Below are positions 45,905 to 49,603 of a stretch of DNA of 49,603 bases, piece after piece. The position numbers and the translations under genes were made by a program. Every line of letters begins with the position of its first letter. The first letter of the stretch is position 1. Under the pieces are notes generated by a model. That model was not told the origin of the DNA. It did no database searches and saw nothing but the letters and a program-made list of their open reading frames with translations. The DNA is from Planctomycetaceae bacterium (GTDB taxonomy: Bacteria; Planctomycetota; Planctomycetia; Planctomycetales; Planctomycetaceae), in NCBI GenBank assembly GCA_009691905.1, contig SIAF01000001.1:1-49603 (forward strand), read 5' to 3'.

Positions 45905-47395
45905 ATGTCGCTGTTCCGAACAGCGCGGGCTTGCGCGCTGCCGGCAGTCGCGGTCCTGCTGCTGTTTGCCGGTTGTACGTCGGCTTCCCGTCCCACGGCC
46001 TCGCTGTCGACCGCCGCGGCGTCGCCGCCCGCCGGCAAATCGTCAGCGGCTGAGCGACGGGCCGTGGTCGCTGCACCGAACTCACAAGGTCGATCCCCTT
46101 CGCCGATCACCACAGTCGACTACGAGGAACCGGTCCCGGTTCCGGCCGCCGACCGCCTGCTGTTCCCGCTCGATGCCGACGATCCGTTCGCCGGTCAATC
46201 GGAGCTCGCGCTGGAGCAACTTGTCGGCGAGGTGCATCGCCGCAATCCCACGTTGCAGGCGGCGCTGGCGGCCTGGGGGGCGGCGGCCGAGCGCTATCCG
46301 CAGGCCATTGCGCTGGACGACCCGATGCTGCAGTCGATGCTGGCCCCCGGCTCGTTCCCTTCGTCGTCGAACGTCCAGCCGTCGTACTACGTCGGGTTGG
46401 CACAGAAGGTTCCATGGTGGGGCAAGCGCGACCTGCGCGGCCAGATCGCCCAGGCCCAGGCGAGTGCGGCGGGTTTTGACTCTCAGGAGGTGCAACTGCG
46501 CCTGACGGAGATCACCCGCATCGCGTATTTTGACTACTTTCTGGTGGATCGCGAACTGGAACTCAACCGCGAGAACGTCGCCGCAATGCAGGGGTTTCGC
46601 GCCACGGCCAGCACCAAATACGAGTTAACCCAGGTGACGTACCAGGACGTGATCCAGGCCGATGTCGAACTGGCGACGCTCGAATCGCGGCAGATCGAGC
46701 TGAATCAAAACGAACGGGTGACGCTGGCCCGCATCAACACGCTGTTGCACCGCCTGCCCGACCACTCGCTGCCCAGGCCCCCGGCGGTGCTGCTCACCGG
46801 CGACGCCGTGCCGGCGGCTGAAGCGCTGCGCCAAATCGCGATTGAACAACGCCCCGACCTGGCGGCCCAGGCCAACCGCATTCAAGCCGAGCAGTCGTCC
46901 CTCGCGCTGGCCTGCAAGGAGTTTTACCCCGACTTCGAATTCATGGGCCGCTACGATCAATTCTGGACCGACGTCGAGCAGCGGCCGCAGGTGGGGATGA
47001 ACGTCAATGTGCCGCTCAACCAGACGCGCCGCAAAGCGGCCGTTCGGGAGGCGATGTTTCGCCTGAATCGGATGCAGGCCGAATACCAGCAACACGTCGA
47101 CAGCATTCGCCAGGACGTCGAAATGGGGCTGGCGCGACTCGACGGCAGCCGCCGGACCGTCGCGCTCTATACCGACCGTATTCTGCCGAAGGCCCGCGAA
47201 AATGTCGAGAGCGCGACGTCCGGGTACGAGGCCACGACCCTCGATTTTCTGCGGCTGATCGAGGCGCAGCGCGAATTGATCGAGTTGCAGGAAAAGCATC
47301 AGGCGGCGATTGCCGACTATCACCGCCGCCGCGCCGAGCTCGAACGAGCCGTCGGCGCGCCGTTCGACAGCCTCGTACAGATCGAACGACTGTAG
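45905..47395 (+). CDS. Efflux outer-membrane factor lipoprotein (TolC/NodT family)
   Basis: Start is MSLFRTARACALPAVAVLLLFAGC-TS (lipobox). The two-fold repeated OEP architecture is present (LEQLVGEVHRRNPTLQAA..., IAIEQRPDLAAQANRIQAEQS...). Confidence 0.85.
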   Translation: MSLFRTARACALPAVAVLLLFAGCTSASRPTASLSTAAASPPAGKSSAAERRAVVAAPNSQGRSPSPITTVDYEEPVPVPAADRLLFPLDADDPFAGQSELALEQLVGEVHRRNPTLQAALAAWGAAAERYPQAIALDDPMLQSMLAPGSFPSSSNVQPSYYVGLAQKVPWWGKRDLRGQIAQAQASAAGFDSQEVQLRLTEITRIAYFDYFLVDRELELNRENVAAMQGFRATASTKYELTQVTYQDVIQADVELATLESRQIELNQNERVTLARINTLLHRLPDHSLPRPPAVLLTGDAVPAAEALRQIAIEQRPDLAAQANRIQAEQSSLALACKEFYPDFEFMGRYDQFWTDVEQRPQVGMNVNVPLNQTRRKAAVREAMFRLNRMQAEYQQHVDSIRQDVEMGLARLDGSRRTVALYTDRILPKARENVESATSGYEATTLDFLRLIEAQRELIELQEKHQAAIADYHRRRAELERAVGAPFDSLVQIERL

Positions 47396-47404
47396 GGGTT
47401 GGCG

Positions 47405-47430
47405 CGACCGAACGACTCGCAGTTCGGTCG
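47405..47430 (+). terminator. Possible terminator hairpin after the OMF gene
   Basis: CGACCGAAC-GACTCGCA-GTTCGGTCG has a 9-bp stem and lies 10 nt after the stop. There is no clear U-tract. Confidence 0.3.
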
Positions 47431-47535
47431 GCATTTCCTCGAATGCCGATACAATCCCTGTCTTGCCTTTTGTCGGCAAGGGACATTCGTTGACTCGTTC
47501 GCTGTGAAACGTGCCCGCGGGGAAGGATCGACGCG

Positions 47536-47778
47536 ATGGCGACTGGGCACGGCAACGCCCTGGCAGCCTTGGCCCTTTCAGTTTTGGGCCGAGGCGTACT
47601 CGTGGTTCTCACGGTGCTGTTGTCAGTCTCAGGCTGCCGGCACGCCGCTGTGACATCGTGCCGCAACTCGTGCCCGCCGAGTACCGCTTACGACCCGATG
47701 TACGGACCCAACCCGCTGGCAGAATTTCTGCATTGGCCCCAAGACGCGCCCCGCGTCGAAGCCCTGTACGCTCCTTGA
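47536..47778 (+). CDS. Putative small lipoprotein (80 aa)
   Basis: MATGHGNALAALALSVLGRGVLVVLTVLLSVSGC-RH has a hydrophobic core and a lipobox. Third-position GC looks like that of neighbouring genes. I recognise no homology. Confidence 0.45.
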   Translation: MATGHGNALAALALSVLGRGVLVVLTVLLSVSGCRHAAVTSCRNSCPPSTAYDPMYGPNPLAEFLHWPQDAPRVEALYAP

Positions 47779-47830
47779 ATTCGCCCCATTCCAATACCAA
47801 AGCCTGTTGGCTCTAACTGAGGATCGTCGG

Positions 47831-48823
47831 ATGATGCGTGCCACACTGTTCAAAGGAATTTCGCGGACTCGCAAGCTGCTTGTGGTCGGCGCTCTGGCCG
47901 TCGTAGTCGGCTCGACCGCGCTGGCCCAGTACCGCTCGTCGGCTGTGCCGGGACGCGGCCAGAAGGTGACACAGGTCGGCGACGACTTCGAAGACGCCGA
48001 TTGGGGTTTTCACCTGAACCTGCCCAAAGCCAGCACGAACATCGACCACGAAGATCGCCTGCCCGCGGGCATTTCGAAGAATCAGCGGCTGTACGAGAGC
48101 ACCTACCGCGGCACTCCCGACGTGGTCAAGCGGGTCGAGACGCCGGCGGGGGGCATCCCCGGCAGCAAAGGTTCGCTGCTGTTGCGCACCAGCGTGGCGG
48201 GTATTCCCGGCCAACCCAGTTACAAATTTCAGCAGGACGACCTGCTGGTGAACGTGACGCAAATTGTGGGGGGCGCGGTGCCGGTCTCGAAAAGCCCCAG
48301 CGTCGTCGTTCGCGTGTTTGTGCCCCCCTTCGACAAATGGGAAAAACGCACCGGCTCGTCGTTCGGTTTTCGAGCCGAACTGGAAGGGGGCTCGATGCAG
48401 CCCGACACGTCGCACAAACGCTTCCTGCGATTGAACCGCATGGTCAAAAAGTACGAACCGTACTGGCCGGGATTTTTCATCCAGTACAACCGCAAGGGGG
48501 ACGGCCAGAACAAGGAAGATTCGGCAACGATTTTGGTTCGATCGGGCAGCCGCGGTGAAGATCTGTTCGGCCCTAAAATAACCGAATCGGGCTGGTGGAC
48601 GCTGGGCATGACCTTCACACCCGATGGCTCGGTGCACTACTACGCCAGCCCCGGCGTCGACGCACTGACCGAGAAAGATCACATCGCGACCACCAAGCCG
48701 TACGGGCACACCGCCGACAAGCTGAACACGTTCTTCTTCAACGTCGTGGTTCAGGACGATGCCCGCACCTGGTCGACCGAATGGATCGTCGACGACCCGG
48801 AACTGTACTACGGGTCGTGGTAG
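47831..48823 (+). CDS. Secreted hypothetical protein
   Basis: Start is MMRATLFKGISRTRKLLVVGALAVVVGSTALAQ (signal). The 330-aa ORF is clearly preferred over the antisense ORF 47813-48709. I recognise no domain. Confidence 0.65.
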   Translation: MMRATLFKGISRTRKLLVVGALAVVVGSTALAQYRSSAVPGRGQKVTQVGDDFEDADWGFHLNLPKASTNIDHEDRLPAGISKNQRLYESTYRGTPDVVKRVETPAGGIPGSKGSLLLRTSVAGIPGQPSYKFQQDDLLVNVTQIVGGAVPVSKSPSVVVRVFVPPFDKWEKRTGSSFGFRAELEGGSMQPDTSHKRFLRLNRMVKKYEPYWPGFFIQYNRKGDGQNKEDSATILVRSGSRGEDLFGPKITESGWWTLGMTFTPDGSVHYYASPGVDALTEKDHIATTKPYGHTADKLNTFFFNVVVQDDARTWSTEWIVDDPELYYGSW

Positions 48824-48827
48824 AGCC

Positions 48828-48903
48828 AGGGGCGAGGGGCTAGGGGCTAGGGACGAGAAATCGAGTTCTATCCACTATCCACTATCTACTATCTACGATC
48901 CAC
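48828..48903 (+). repeat. GGGGCGA/GGGGCTA heptamer array + 11-nt match to the four-helix-bundle gene 3' end + (TATCCAC)5 heptamer array
   Basis: AGGGGCGAGGGGCTAGGGGCTAGGGACGAGA lies at 48828-48858. TAGGGACGAGA is identical to 34184-34194 (stop + Pro-Arg-Ser of the 4HB gene). TATCCAC TATCCAC TATCTAC TATCTAC GATCCAC lies at 48869-48903. Together these fill almost the whole 85-bp convergent spacer. Confidence 0.85.
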
Positions 48904-48908
48904 GCGGC

Positions 48909-49603
48909 CTATTTGGCCTCGGGCTTGCCGATCTGCTCGCGGAGATACGACTCGATAAAAGGTTTGAGATCTCCATCGAGAACTCGGGTCGGGCTGCTCG
49001 AAACGGTCAGCGTGCGGTGGTCTTTGACGCGCTGGGTGGGGTTGAGTTCGTACGTGCGAATCGTGCCGCCGCCGAAGCCGATTTTTGTTTTTTCGCCGCG
49101 CTTGGCGGCCAGTTCGGCGTCGCGCTTGTCCTGCTGAGCCTGATACAGCTTGGCCGCCAGCATCTTTTGAGCAATGGCCCGATTCTTGTGCTGGCTGCGC
49201 TCGTTCTGGCACTGTACGACGGTATTGGTCGACAAATGCGTCAGGCGAATGGCTGACGACGTCTTGTTGACCTTCTGGCCCCCGGCCCCCGACGCGCGAA
49301 ACACGTCTTCGCGCACGTCTTTGTCCCAGTCGATTTCGATCTTGATGTCGTCGTCGAGTTCGGGAACCAGGTCGATGGCGGCGAACGACGTTTGCCGTCG
49401 GCCGGCTGAATCGAAGGGGCTGATGCGAATCAACCGGTGAACCCCGACTTCGCCCTTGAGGTATCCGTAGGCATAATCGCCGCGAATCGCCAGGGTGGCG
49501 CTGCGGATGCCAGCCTCTTCGGCCTCGGACATGTCGAGCATTTCGGTCGTGAAGCCGTTGATCTCGGCCCAGCGCTGATACATGCGCAGCAGCATCGCCG
49601 CCC
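48909..49603 (-). CDS. prfB: Peptide chain release factor 2 (C-terminal ~230 aa; 5' end outside window)
   Basis: [16 protein letters not shown] carries the SPF tripeptide of RF2. [19 protein letters not shown] carries the GGQ motif. The ORF stays open to the window edge. Confidence 0.93.
   Translation of the reverse strand, partial: AAMLLRMYQRWAEINGFTTEMLDMSEAEEAGIRSATLAIRGDYAYGYLKGEVGVHRLIRISPFDSAGRRQTSFAAIDLVPELDDDIKIEIDWDKDVREDVFRASGAGGQKVNKTSSAIRLTHLSTNTVVQCQNERSQHKNRAIAQKMLAAKLYQAQQDKRDAELAAKRGEKTKIGFGGGTIRTYELNPTQRVKDHRTLTVSSSPTRVLDGDLKPFIESYLREQIGKPEAK

Noticed and set aside
48909-49603. Programmed +1 frameshift site of prfB.
   Set aside because: The RF2 frameshift site lies near codon 26, which is beyond the right edge of the window. 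Only the C-terminal two-thirds of the gene is visible.

Overview
This is a 49.6-kb high-GC bacterial chromosomal window. Its gene content looks planctomycete (Pirellulales-like): DUF1598/DUF1570-type genes, a giant secreted protein with an LEDR-type N-terminus, PQQ beta-propeller and PD40/TolB-like proteins, weak Shine-Dalgarno usage, and very dense REP-like hairpin repeats. The left edge is the end of an integrative element (HTH fragment plus tyrosine integrase) abutting tRNA-Glu(CUC). Next is a ~5.2-kb S8 subtilase / NIDO-like / RTX super-repeat gene, split by a 1-nt deficit in a G9 run. A housekeeping block follows: kdsB, pyrG, truB, beta-carbonic anhydrase, PQQ propeller, SDR, TolB-like, OFA-type MFS, Sua5/TsaC and a sugar-phosphate isomerase. 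Then come regulators: PadR with a sensor partner, a Ser/Thr kinase, and MarR divergent from an orphan csrA across an AT-rich island. After these are a Cys/Met PLP enzyme, an MBL hydrolase, and DUF1598-VWA (ATGA-coupled)-DUF1570. The right part is a heavy-metal efflux island: two Cys-rich small proteins, a CusB-like adaptor with three extra Cys-based metal-binding modules, a 1540-aa CusA/CzcA-like pump with large insertions, an outer-membrane-factor lipoprotein and an MA-type peptidase paralogue. The window ends in partial prfB. The most unusual unexplained structure is a set of arrays of the heptamer GGGGCGA (G-quadruplex-competent), four arrays at three loci. Two inverted arrays bracket a four-helix-bundle (23S-IVS/Avd-family) gene behind cusA. 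One forms an apparent scar carrying the same gene's 3' end between two convergent genes. One is an in-frame 72-bp insertion with a 35-bp flanking duplication inside tsaC/sua5. I saw no CRISPR array, rRNA, reverse transcriptase or recognisable defence system.
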